From Octopus vulgaris (taxonomy: Eukaryota): a stretch of DNA of 64,000 bases. A program made the translations under genes and the position numbers. The number at the start of each line of letters is the position of its first letter. Position 1 is the first letter of the stretch. The notes under the pieces are model-generated. The model was not told the origin of the DNA. It did not search any database and was given only the letters and a program-made list of their open reading frames with translations. The DNA lies in contig OX597819.1 of NCBI GenBank assembly GCA_951406725.2, forward strand, positions 73,718,001-73,782,000, in the 5' to 3' direction. Shown in pieces: positions 40,111 to 52,320 of this stretch.

Positions 40111-41524
40111 TTTCATTATTATTATTATTTCACTTCTCCAGCTAATTCTGTAAGGGTGGACAACCTGTTGTCAAGGATCCTACAGAGTCTCTTTCCATGA
40201 TACTTAACACCCAAGTACCAATCTCAAAATCCTTGTTGTCCTCAGGAAAGCAGTTTTCTGAGCATGCCAATCTACCTACCCTCATGTCAATCCCAATTTG
40301 TTCAACGAATTTCTCAAACCTCCCATTGCCCCTGCAACTACTAGAACAACAGATAGTTCATTTCTTCATTGCCCACATTCACGCAATCTTATCTTTTACT
40401 GGCTTTTTGCAATTCTCAATCTTTTCCAGTTATTTATCATTCACTCATACATCACTAGTTATGGTACTGTTTATGATTTTGGTTTCCTTCATCATTTTAT
40501 CAGCTACAACAAGGTTGGTTGTTGTTATTATTATTGAGTGAAAGAGCAGCACATATTATCAAAGTGACACTGGGGTACAAATATACGAAGCCCAATATAC
40601 CCATCATGACTACCCGTCTGATAAGGGTACACCAAGCACATGCACCACAAACATATGTGCATGATATGGTGATCTCATATCAAGATAAACAGTGCACGAA
40701 CTTTGCAGGTGGGGCCCAGTCAGAATTTTCTTCAGGTTAAGTAGCCCATCCTACTAAGAAGGTCCCTAAATAAGGGTTGTTTGAGGATGATGAACGAAAC
40801 CCTCTCAACATAGGGCTATGATGCTTCCCCACTATTTTATTATTATAATTATTGTTATTATTATTAAAGTGGTGAGCTGGTAGAGACATTAGCATGCTGG
40901 GTGAAATGCTTAGTAGTATTTCACTCATCGCTATGTTCTGAGTTCAAATTCCACCGAAGTAGACTTTACCTTTCATCCTTTTGGGGTCAATAAATTAAGT
41001 ATCAGTTGAGTATTGGGGTCAATGTGATCGACTTTCCTCCTGCCCCTAAAATTTCAGGTCTTGTGCCTGTAGTAGAAAGGATTATTATTATTAAGGTTGC
41101 GAGCTGGCAGAATCATTAGCGTGCTGGGTGATATGCTTAGAGGTATTTCACCTGTTGCTATATTCTGAGTTCAAATTCTGCCAGGGTCGATAAAATAAGT
41201 ACCAGTGAAACACTGGGGTTGATGTAAATGATTCATCCCCACCTTCCCCAAGCAACCATATTTTTAGAAGACTAACATGTTCATAGCTCTCCACTTATCT
41301 GCAACGATCAAATTGCTTGTAAGACTGGTTTCCAGTAGTTATCTCCCCTCCACTTCAAGAGTTTCCAATAATTACCACCAGTTTTTTTTTCCTGCACATT
41401 CCTCAACTGAAAGGGAAACTTTTATCTCTCAATACATGTTCATGGCAATTAACAGGCCGATATAATTAGTCACATAATTATCTCCTTGTTATATGTTTAG
41501 ACAGAATGAAGCAAGCATGAAGCA

Positions 41525-41682
41525 TGGAATAAACTGCCTGCGTCAGTTGTTGACTGCCATGACACTGCATCTTTTAAGGCCCTCATGCTTTCCGAAATCC
41601 GCCGAAACTACACCTGATTATATATACACTTTAGATGAGTTGTAGTGCACCTGAGCACTGTACACTATTATTATTATTATTA
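41525..41682 (+). mobile_element. Short 3' end of the young CR1 family
   Basis: AWNKLPASVVDCHDTASFKALMLSEIRRNYT* then ttagatgagttgtagtgcacctgagcactgtacac and (TAT)n. Confidence 0.85.
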
Positions 41683-42391
41683 ATGGTGATGTATAAGAAT
41701 TTCGATTAAATCCTTAAAAATGTTTTAACCCGAAGGCCGCAGCCATGCTGGGGCACCAACAGCACACTTGATTTTCTCACCAATGGAAGAAGGCAAAATA
41801 TTGGGACCTGGTTGATGAGGTTCTTGTCAAAAAATGGCAGACAGCTACATTTGTTTGAAATTCAGGCAACTGAAGGAAGCCGCTAAGGAGATAAGCATGG
41901 CAGCTGAAACCAGTTCAAAGTAGCAGTGGTTAGCAAAAGATTGCAGGCAAATGTTTCTGATGGCATAAAAAATGCACTCCAACTTCACCAGCACATATTC
42001 AGGGAAAACATTTGTAGTGCACTAAAACATGTGAAAAAGTAAAATTGTTTCCTTGCTGGACAAAATACTTCATCGAAATTTTTTTTGTATTTACACTCTT
42101 GAGTTCAAATTCTGGGGAGGACAACTTTGCCTTTCATCCTTTGGTTGGGGGGGGGGTGCAATAAAATAAGTACCAGTTACATACTGGTGTTGATGTAATC
42201 GACTAACTGCCTCCCCCATAATTGCTGGTCTTGTGCTAAAATTTGAAACCAATAGGTAGCTACAAATTAGTACTTAGGACCTGGGATTATTGTTTGGGGA
42301 ATTTTTTTACCCCCACCCACCCATCGCTTCAAAAATGGCATCAGACATGGTAACAAAATGCTACATTATTCCATGAAGATATAATTATCTT

Positions 42392-42825
42392 TGGAAAATT
42401 ACTATTTGTAAATCTAACAAGAGATATTCAGCAACAGTACTTTGGAGTAAAGATTATGTACCAACATAACATGGCAGTCCTGGTTTAGGACTAATGTTGC
42501 TGTAATTTAGCCCCACGAGACATCATCTCCAGCTGAATACACGACACGATCTGTGTCCTTATATTTTCGAACAAGGGAATCTAGCACCCCCTCCCCCACT
42601 CAGCTCAAAACAATATCTGCGTATTGCGATTTCCGGGTTATTTCCCTTCATCAGCACAGATATTGTTTTGAGCTGAGTGAGCGTGCTAGATTCGTGTTCG
42701 AAAATATAAGGACACAGATCAGTTCATATTGCCAGCTGGAGACAATGTCTCCTGGGGCTAAATTACAGCAACATTCGTCCTAAACCAGGACTGCCATGTT
42801 ATGTTGGCAAATAATCTTTACTCCG
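42392..42825 (-). mobile_element. Foldback retroposon with hammerhead at hairpin apex
   Basis: Inverted arms 42444-42621 / 42655-42824, ~50-nt unpaired tail 42392-42443, 10-bp TSD TAATTATCTT (42382-42391, 42826-42835). Confidence 0.85.
42615..42661 (-). ncRNA. Type I hammerhead ribozyme motif
   Basis: Minus strand ATCTGTG-CTGATGA-A-GGG-AAATAA-CCC-G-GAAA-TCGCAA-TA-CGCAGAT; stem I continues as the foldback arms. Confidence 0.75.
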
Positions 42826-43576
42826 TAATTATCTTCGTTTTATTGCAAACCCACAACACACAAGCCTACAGTTACTAAGGGGAAACAACTCAATAGAAAA
42901 TCAGGTAGACGACATACTGAATAATGGACTTTCAGATTTGTCGGGGAAGAGTTTGTAGTAGTTGTTGGTGAGAGGAGGTAATTTTACAAAAATATTCATT
43001 TACATGCTTTGTTAAGTCAGAGTAAACAGCGGGGGAGGGGGGGGGCATTTTTAAAATGAAACTTTGCAGATACCTTTTCAATGGAGTAGATAATGATGTT
43101 CGTAAAATGTAGGAAAATAATGGCATGTATTCATTTCATTATTTTGTAGAAGCACCAAGAAATTTTATTAAAAAGTTGAATTACAATCAAAATACCTGAC
43201 ATCTGTGATGGCAAAGGTACACTTCCAATGTTGCCTGTCATCATAAAGTGGTAACACTCTAGTATAATAATAACAAAAGAATATATTCTCTTGAATTTCA
43301 ACTGACCCCCACCCCACCACCACCACAAAAAAAAAAGCCCAATGCAATAATTATTTCGTAACATTTTACATTATTAGATTAATTAATAAATTAACATTAC
43401 CCAAAAGAATTACATAACATTTCAAGTATTCTTGGTCAGAAAACCAACCTGTTCATTATCTTCTGCTCAGGTTCTTGGTTAAATTAAAAAATTTCTTTTT
43501 TTCCTTAAGAGCTGTTCATTTCATTGAGTTATTTGAACCTTTTCTGGCTGGTTTTTGCTCCTTTCTTTATTTTTTT

Positions 43577-43641
43577 TCAGAGGTTATTTGTTATGTTTTT
43601 ATAAACCAACTTGGCTGACACACAATCTTCAATGGCCATAC
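43577..43641 (-). CDS. CRYM: CRYM-like terminal coding exon (GMAIEDCVSAKLVYKNITNNL*)
   Basis: Acceptor tgtttgtag, phase 1; family motif GMAxEDxxxAKL; TGA at 43577-43579; minus-strand AATAAA at 43566-43571. Confidence 0.93.
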
Positions 43642-45213
43642 CTACAAACAGAAATAAAAGGTGAGAACAGGAGAGACAAAGACAGCTCTGTTTGGTTTGT
43701 TTTATCAACTATTCATGCTTTTAATAAAAATTTAATCTGATGTAATCCAGAGATGGATTCTGTGTCAGAGTGATGGTCATATAGCCATAAAGATTTTAGG
43801 GAAAAAAACCCCAAATAAACAAGTTAATGAATTTTATGTTGTATAAAATGGAAGAAACAGTAGAGAATTCAAAATATTGAACTTTCGTCTTTTGTTAAGA
43901 GACAAAGAAATGTTCCATGGTTTCTGCAATGGATGAATAAAGCTTAAAAAACGAAGACTTAAGCATCACTCAATAAGCAAACAGGACCTGGTAACCTGTA
44001 TCCCACACTAATTGTTTTAAGTGCCTGTTCTGAGCAGACATCAAGGGGCCCTCTTGACCATTGAAGTGGGGGGAGAAATACACCAGTATATGACTGGTAT
44101 TGAGTAGACGGGAGCAATTGGGAAATGATGAGTGTTGCTCAAGGATACAAAGTGGCACTTGGTCCACAGATTAAATGGCAGGATCAAACATGCGAAGAAG
44201 AGAATTCAAGTGGATTGTTATTTTGTAGAAAAAGAATTAGAAAGCATCACCTTGAGCAAGGGTCTTCTACTCTACTTTCATGCCAACCATAGCCTTCTGA
44301 GTGGATTTGCGAGATGGAAACTGAAAGAAGCCTATCATGTCTGTGTGTGTGTGTAAAGGGAAAATGTTGAAAATCCATCAAAATTTTCTCATATGTATGT
44401 GTGTGTAGGAAAAATACTGATCCAACCCATGCCAGCATGGAAAATGGACATTAAATGATGAGGATGACTGAGAAAATGCTGAAAATGCAATATTTTCTTA
44501 TATGTATGTATGGATTAGATGTGTGTTTGTGTAATTAAAACAAGTTTAACGTTTTAGCATAAATGGAGAAAAACTTTATTCTATGAGTCTTATACAAATG
44601 AAAAACATAAAGATACGTTTTCAGAGAATAAATGTTTTTGTATCATAGTTTGACTGAAATTATATTGGAATACGTATTCTTGGGTGAGTTTAGTAGAGAT
44701 AATTTATATAAACATATATAACAGAAGGATGCAAGGGAACAAGGAACAGTCAGAAGCAGTGGCGGCTTGTAGATGAAATTAGTTGGGGTGCTGCTTGAGA
44801 AAATTTTTAGCCCTTGTTCTAATAATTTTTATGTTCTCCTCAGCCTGTCCCTGGTTTTAGTGTATACATTTCTGAGTTTTGCAGTTAAAAGGAGTTTTTT
44901 GTAGTATAAGAAAAATGTCATATGATATGTGTGTGTGTTTTACATTTAGCTTCTCCAAAAATGTCTGTGTCTCTACCCCATCACTTGACAACCAGTGTTG
45001 GTATGTTTACATCCCGTAACTTAAGTGGTTTGGCAAAAGAAACCAATAGAAGTAGCAGGCTTAAGAAAAAAAATAAGTACTGGGGCTGATTCATTCCACT
45101 AAAAGTTCTTCAAGGTGGTGCCCCAGCATGGCCACAGTCAAATGACTGAGACAAGTAAAAGATATATAACAGAGAGAGAGAGAGGATTATTTGTGATAAA
45201 AGGAAATACATAC

Positions 45214-45298
45214 CAAGACTAATAAACATTGTGTTTTTATTCCTAAAATTTTGCTTTTGTCCACCGATGACTTCTCCAATTTCTCCAAAGACTTCGGC
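45214..45298 (-). CDS. CRYM: CRYM-like exon (AEVFGEIGEVIGGQKQNFRNKNTMFISL)
   Basis: 85 nt, phase 0-1, AG/GTATGT; corresponds to AEIFAELGEVIKG...TTVFKSLG. Confidence 0.92.
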
Positions 45299-45673
45299 CT
45301 GAAGTTTAGAAATTTTAATACAATTAATCTCTCATTCACACAAATGTCAAACGGACAATTTAACTGACTTTTTTCATCCAAATAAGGCAAAGATCTTTGT
45401 TCTGAAGTGAGGATAACCTAAACACAAAGTAGCTACACATGAGGATAAGATATATATATATATATATATATATGAATGAGAGAGAGAGCAACTACGCTGA
45501 AATATCACTGACATGGTTGAGAGGTTGACAACCTTGTAGATCCAGTTCTGCTATCTGTGCACCTCACTCCACTCAGCTAGTGGTTTATGATTGGAGGCAG
45601 GTGGATTTAGATAAGGAGAAACCCTTTGGGGCTATGCCATTTCTGAGGCCCCTGCCATGAGCATAAGTGTTGG

Positions 45674-47972
45674 AATCTTCTGATAGACATCAATTAGGGA
45701 ATGATAAACTATTGAAAAACAGAAAGGACCAATATTCCTTCCTTCCAAGTCCTGTTTTGATAAATTAGGTCAGTTGTTAGATCCTCTTATGATTTCAGGG
45801 ATATATCATAAATATATCTCTTGATATCATTGATATGACCCTAATCCTAATTGTTTATAATTCCAAGGTGACATCTATGGGTGCAAGTGAAAAGAAAATG
45901 TTGATTGTTTTGTTTGTACCTTTCCTAAGTAGGGAAGTGAAGTAACCACAAGGTATTGTGTCAAGGTTGCAGGATTGGGTGACTGAGAATTAGCCTCATC
46001 CATGCCACAGTATTGAGACAAAATAGTTGACCTGATTTGTGAACAGAGGTATCTATCAGTGGGTGACTCAAACTGGCAAGGGAGGTGGGGGGAGAATTTT
46101 TCATATCTTAGTGAACTGAGACAATGAAATATTTGTAGTGAATTTGAACTCAGAAAAGGTGTAGACATAACTGAAATTTGCTTAGGGAATGCAAACCCAG
46201 CTTTTTAGGATGTTGAAAGCGTTTTCATTACCCCACAAAAATTTTAGTGGGTACACTTGCACCCACTGTTCCTGAACCTATGCTCATGAAGCATCTAATA
46301 GTGTCAAAACTTTTATATATCATGGTTGGAGTCTGCCCCCTGATTTTGAAGCCTACAAGTAAATTCAAATTGGAAGGGTATTTATTTATGAAACCCCAGT
46401 TAACGAGGAACATCTGTGCAGTTAGTGAACCCTTTACAAACAGAAACCAAATTTCTGATTTGAACCGAACAAATAAGATGCTGTTTATTTGAGATCTTCA
46501 ATCAAAACCTCCTGAGCAAGTAGCTGAACAGGCAAGACAAGGAACTAACAAATCCATCAACATCATCCATATAATGCTTGAATGGGTCACAGGAAATTTT
46601 CAGAGGCAGATTTTCAACAGCCTGATATCATTTATATTGCCAATCTGCAACAGTTCTTACAGAAGATTGCAAATGAATGAAGCCACATGTAATAACGGTT
46701 TTAAATTTTGGCACAATGCTAGCAATTTTGTTGGAAAGTAGGCTGATTACTTTGGCCCCAGTGCTTAACTGGTACTTGTTTTATCAACCCCAAAAAGATG
46801 AAAGGCAAAGTCGATCCCAGCAGAATTTGAACTCAGAATGTAAAGGCAGACAAAATGCTGCTAACCATTTTGCCTGGTGTACTAATGGTTCTGCCAGTTT
46901 GCTGCCTCAAAACCACTTGTAATAATGGTGATGTTTCTTCACAACTATTGTGCCATCTCAAGACAAGGACACAAACATACAGGCTTCGTTCAGTTTCTCT
47001 CTACCAAATTCACATTGATCAGCCTGAGGAGGGGATAATGTGAATCTGAAACAGTGTGGTTGAGAAGCAAACCCCTTAATTGGACAGTTATGCCTACACC
47101 TTTTCTGAGTTCAAATTCACTGCAAATATTTTATTGTCTCTAAAATAGGTCATGTTTCAACATCAACTCAGTTGTGCCCCCTCCCTCCCTTGCCAGTTTG
47201 AGTCAGAAGAGCTGGTCACCCACTGATGGTTACCTCTGCTCACAAATCAGGTCAAATAACCATTTTGTCTCAATACTGTGGCATGGATGAGGTTAATTCT
47301 CAGTCACCCAATCCTGCAACCTTGTTGTGGTTACTTCACTTCCCTACAATCAACATTTTCCTCCCACTTGCACCCATAGATGTCACCTTGGAATCATAAA
47401 CAATTAGGGTTAGGGTTATATCTATGATATCAAGAGGTATATTTATGATGTTAAGTGGTATATCTATAATATATCCCTGAAATCATAAAAGGATCTAACA
47501 ACTATTTACATTTGACAGATATTTGTCCTCATTTTGTTTGTTGTTAACACAATGATATACCCTCCAGCCTTCATCAGGTGTCTTGGGGAAATTTCGAACC
47601 TGAGTTCTCATTCTTAAGGTATTTTTTTGATGTTATTATTATTATTCAGTTCACTGCCTGGAATCGAACTCAGAATCTTGGGGTTAGTAGCCAGTGCTCT
47701 TAACCGTTACGCCATATGCCTGAGTTCGAAATTTCCCCAAGACACCTGATGAAGGCTGGAGGGTTTATCAGCTAAAACATGTTAACAACAAACAAGATGA
47801 GGACAAATATCCATCTAATGTAAATAATGTACATAATTCTTCATCTCTTAAATATAGAACTGGATCTAACAACTGATCTAATTTATCACAACAGGACTAA
47901 GAAGGAATGAATATTGGTCCTTTCTGTTTTTCAATAGTTTTTTATTCCCTCATTGATGTCTATGAGAGGATT
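45674..47972. repeat. Large diverged inverted duplication (arms ~45674-46173 and ~47085-47972) in a CRYM intron
   Basis: Colinear reverse-complement matches across ~500 bp, e.g. caaggttgcaggattgggtgactgagaatt vs aattctcagtcacccaatcctgcaaccttg. Confidence 0.9.
47504..47861. mobile_element. tRNA-headed, hammerhead-bearing retroposon with inverted termini
   Basis: 13-bp TSD GGATCTAACAACT (47491-47503, 47862-47874); minus-strand tRNA-like head 47648-47721; CTGATGA cores in both inverted arms. Confidence 0.8.
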
Positions 47973-48312
47973 TGTTCCATGTCAATGAAACAACCAGTTA
48001 CTTGCAACAGCAAACTATACCTACCCATTGCACCAATTTATAGACTGATAGATTGAATCAAAGAAAGCTAAGTATATTGGCAAAACCCATTTGCAGGGTA
48101 TGAACCATGGCCTCAATCCATCTGTTAGAAATACCAGCCAAATCACTCTAATGTTTTCAATACAGAAGGACACATTAAATTTCCTATATATTCTATGCTT
48201 GACCAGTCATGGTTAGAAATACTTTGATCATCAGGTTGACCTGGGGTTAAACAATTAACAACAACAACTGAACAAAAAAATTTAATTACAAAACATGTAA
48301 GCCAATCTTTAC

Positions 48313-48434
48313 CTTTGAAGCACCAAGCTCACCGCTGTATTTATGGGCCATTTCGTAATCTTCGACATAAACTATTGAAGACCTGGTCAACTCAGAGTCT
48401 ACTTCTTGACATTCACCTAATGGGGCTCCGACAG
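48313..48434 (-). CDS. CRYM: CRYM-like exon (AVGAPLGECQEVDSELTRSSIVYVEDYEMAHKYSGELGASK)
   Basis: 122 nt, phase 1-0, AG/GTAAAG; corresponds to CRYM AVGASRPDWRELDDELM...VLYVD...ESGD. Confidence 0.9.
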
Positions 48435-50119
48435 CTGCAACGAGATTTATGTAACAGTTCAAACACCAGCAGAATGTCTCACATACATACATATACATAT
48501 ATATATATATATCATCATCATCATCATCGTTTAACGTCCGTTCTCCATGCTAGCATGGGTTGGACGGTTCGACCGGGGTTCTGGGAAGCCAGAAGGCTGC
48601 ACCAGGCTCCAGTCTAATCTGGCAATGTTTCTACAGCTGGATGTCCTTCCTAACGCCAACCACTCCGTGAGTGTAGTGGGTGCTTTTTACGTGCCACCTG
48701 CACAGGTGCCAGGCGGGGCTGGCAACGGCCACGGTCAGATTGGTGTATTTTATGTGCCACCGGCACGGAAGCCAGTCGAGGCGGTGCTGGCATCGGCCAC
48801 GAGTCGGATAGTGCTTTTTACGTACATATATATATATACACACATATATATACGTACATATATATATATACACACACACAATCACATATCCATCTTAACA
48901 AGATTAAAAACAAAGGATTTTGTGGTGTGAAAGGTAGAAAAGAGGACTTACCTTGAATTGGCAAACGACTCCTGAAAAAGGAACTCCTTAAATTCCAAAT
49001 AGAACTTGGTCAACACTGTGACACTCTCTGTACCCTTCTTTCAGGCCAGTGGATGGGTTTCTCATGCATCCATTCACATCCACTGTCCATGCAAAACGAG
49101 CCTTATTTCAAGTCCCTCACTTTAGGGGCATCACTCCTTAATGTCTCCCTTTGTCAATTCTTCACAGTTTAGTAATGGCAGATATATCGTCCACGTTCAT
49201 TCAATCAGTCATTTATCCACATTCACCTATACTTGTTGATCAGTCTAAAAAGTGCTTAAAGCAAAGGTTTGTCAATGCATAAGTGTTACATACTCAGGCC
49301 CTTTGGCTGACTATAACACAAGAGTAAAATATTTTCTTTGAAAAAATGTATATACACACACACACAGAGCTAGAATGAAATTTATTAAAGCAAGTATCAC
49401 ACAAATGCACACAACAGTTTATCTGGACAATGAGGAAAACTCAATGCAGTCATTCAGTTTGTTGGAAATAGCAGTCACATATCCCTCAAATCACACCACA
49501 CAGTTTTAACCCTTTTCTTACTTTATTTAATAAAAATTATAATAATGAGATTATTGCATAAGTTAGAAGCAAATACCTCATAGTAGACAGAATAAAAGAC
49601 AGAAAAGTAATCACTAAAAGAGTCCTAAAGAGGAAAGAGTACATATGTACATCGTGAATTTTAAGAAGCATGGAAGTTTGGAAGGAATGCAGTCTCCTGA
49701 CAGTTCATAACCAACACAGGTGGTTTATTCTAAGCTTTGATAATTCTGAGAGTGATAAAAATGTTTCTGAAAGTCCTAGATGTGGTGCTGTTTTTTGATT
49801 TTATAAACATGTCTCTATGTTTGGTAAAGATATTGAATTGGAAAAGGTGGCCAAAACTGTTGTTGGGAAGATGGTAGATAATTTTGTGGCATTTTACCAA
49901 GTCATTTGCTAAATATTGAAACTTCAGCATATCAGTGCCCAAAAAAGCAAGACATTTAATATATGGAAAGTGTTTGTCTGGTAGCATGTCTCTGGACAGC
50001 TTCCAGCAGATTGATATTCGGGACAAGATGGGGATTCAGACTGGAGTTGCAAACTTTAAGAGCAGACATACTATAGCCATATATAGCTTTAACTACTTGG
50101 CTGGTGAATGGCTGATAAA

Positions 50120-51260
50120 TAATAATAATAATTGTATATATAATCAGGTGTAGTTTCGACGGATTTCGGGAAGCATGAGGGCCTTAAAGGATGCAGTGTC
50201 ATTGCAGTCAACAACTGATGCAGGCAGTTTATTCCACGCTTCAGCAACCCTGAGCGTGAAAAAATGTTTCCGAAAGTCATGGGAGCTGTGCTGTTTTCTG
50301 ACTTTGTAGGCATGTCCACGTGTGTTAGACACATGGAGATCAAAAAGGTGTTCAGTGTTGTTGTTGGTGAGGTGGTTGATAACCTTGTGGGTGTTTACCA
50401 AGTCCGTCGCCAGACGCCGGAGCTTCAGTGAATCCATGCCCAGGGAAACAAGGCTCTCAGAATATGGTAGGTGTCTGATGGAGGGTATGCGTTTGGTTGC
50501 ACGTCTCTGGACAGATTCCAGGAGGTCAATGTTCTGAGCAAGATAGGGATTCCAAACTGATGATGCGAATTCCAAGTGTGGTCGTACCATAGCTGTATAC
50601 AGTTTTAAATAGATGGCTGGAGAGCGGCTAACAAAAATCTTGCTGAGTGATGCCAAGACACCCTCGGCCTTCTTGACAATTTTAGAGATATGCTTTGTCC
50701 AACGCAAATCACTGCTGACAGTGATGCCTAGGTCACGCTCGCAAGAGGATTTCTTGATATCAGTGTTGTGGAGGGAGTATGTGGATGCAGGGTTTTTCTC
50801 CCAAAATGCATGGTGGTAAACTTGTCCACAGCCAGTTTCAGTTGCCAGTCTGTGATCCATTGCTGCATTGTGTCTAGGTCTGATTGCAGGAAAGAGTTGT
50901 AGACATCAGGATCAGTCCTCTTGATTTCAAGGTACAGCTTGATGTCGTCTGCATATTTCAATACTGTGGCATTCTTTAAATTGGCATCTATGTCATTAAT
51001 GTATGCCACAAACAGGAGGGGACCAAGGCCAGATCCCTGTGGTACACCCGATGACATCTCATATGGTGTAGAGTGCTGTCCTAGAACTGTGACTACCTCC
51101 TTTCGGCTGAGGATGAAGGATTTCAACCAGTTAAAAAGGTCATCCCCCACACCCATTGCAGAGAGTTTCACCATAAGCCTTTTGTGTGGCACAGAGTTGA
51201 AAGCCTTAGCAAAGTCAAGGTAGACAACATCCACCCATGAGCCACTGATAAAGATCTTAT
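50120..51260 (-). mobile_element. 5'-truncated CR1-clade LINE, reverse transcriptase C-terminal half, one frameshift
   Basis: DVVYLDFAKAFNSVPH, SGVPQGSGLGPLLF, KYADDIKLY, then ERDLG, RPHLEFASSVWNP, LESVQRRATK, TRGH, FFTLRVAEAWNKLP. Confidence 0.95.
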
Positions 51261-51299
51261 TGAGTGATATTAAAACAGACACCTTTAGAAATGTTGTTT

Positions 51300-51950
51300 A
51301 TCCAATGCTGACAATGATGCTGAGGTCACATTCCCTAGTAGACTTCTTAACATTGGTGTTGTTGAAGGAGTAAGTTAATTCCAGATTTTTCCATCAAAAA
51401 TGTCTTTGGTCAGCTTTTGTTGCCAGATTGCAAGAAAGATCTAAAGCTAATTAGATTCATTCTTTTTATATCAAAGTATCACTTATATCAAAGTATCACT
51501 TAATGTCACCTGCATATTCAAGTTAACATCTATTTCATTAATATATGAAACACAACATGGGACCCAGAAGAGATCCCTGTAGGACACCAGATGTCATCAC
51601 ATAAGATGCAGAATGTTGTCCTAGTATTTTGACAACTGCTTTTCTACAGAGAATGAAAGACTTCAAACAGTTATAAAGATTAGTCTTCACATCTACAGAA
51701 TCTATGCTACACATCCATTGCAGAGAGCTTCAACATACGTTGTTCATGTGGTACAGAATTAAAAGCTTTGGTGAAGTTGAGATAGATAAAATCCACCCAT
51801 GAACTGCTGCCTGCAGTTTAGGTAATATCTTCAATAAATTTAATGAGTTGGCAATTATTGTAGGTGGAGTTGGGGATCAATCCAAATTGTGAGGATTGAA
51901 TAAAGTTATGAGAATTCCAGAATTTAAAGAGTCTCTTTTTGATGCAGTAA
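51300..51950 (-). mobile_element. Older degenerate CR1 RT fragment
   Basis: Minus strand reads DFIYLNFTKAFNSVPHE and SGVLQGSLLGP-like motifs; a matching degenerate C-terminal part (LEAVQRHATRQ) lies at ~49690-50060. Confidence 0.75.
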
Positions 51951-52320
51951 TATAATAATAATAATAAAACATTGTGTACAGTGCTCAGGTGCACTACAAC
52001 TCATCTAAAGTGTATGTATAGTACATAGGGTAATGTATAAGCGTCAGGAAAAGAACAGTACATGAGTCATGACATACACATATGTGTATGAGTATGGAAG
52101 GGGGACAATCAGGTGTAGTTTCGGTGGATTTTGGAAAGCATGAGGGCCTTAAAGGATGCAGTGTCATGGCAGTCAACAACTGACGCAGGCAGTTTGTTCC
52201 ATGCTTCAGCAACTCTGAGCGTGAAAAAATGTTTCCGAAAGTCAAGGGAGCTAAGCTGTTTTCTGACTTTGTAGGCATGTCCATGTGTGTTGGACACATG
52301 GAGATCAAAAAGGTGTACTC
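51950..52320 (-). mobile_element. 3' end of the young CR1 family
   Basis: Nearly identical to 50144-50350, plus 3'UTR and (TTA)n-type tail. Confidence 0.9.

Noticed and set aside
47648-47721. Possible tRNA gene (and similar heads near 6540-6584, 26253, 31530-31587, 54470-54540)
   Set aside because: No acceptor stem; each continues into a repeat body, so they are SINE heads
48946-49100. Minus-strand AAG|GTAAGT donor suggesting an extra CRYM exon
   Set aside because: Flanking CRYM exons already join in phase with no gap, and the upstream sequence has no CRYM similarity
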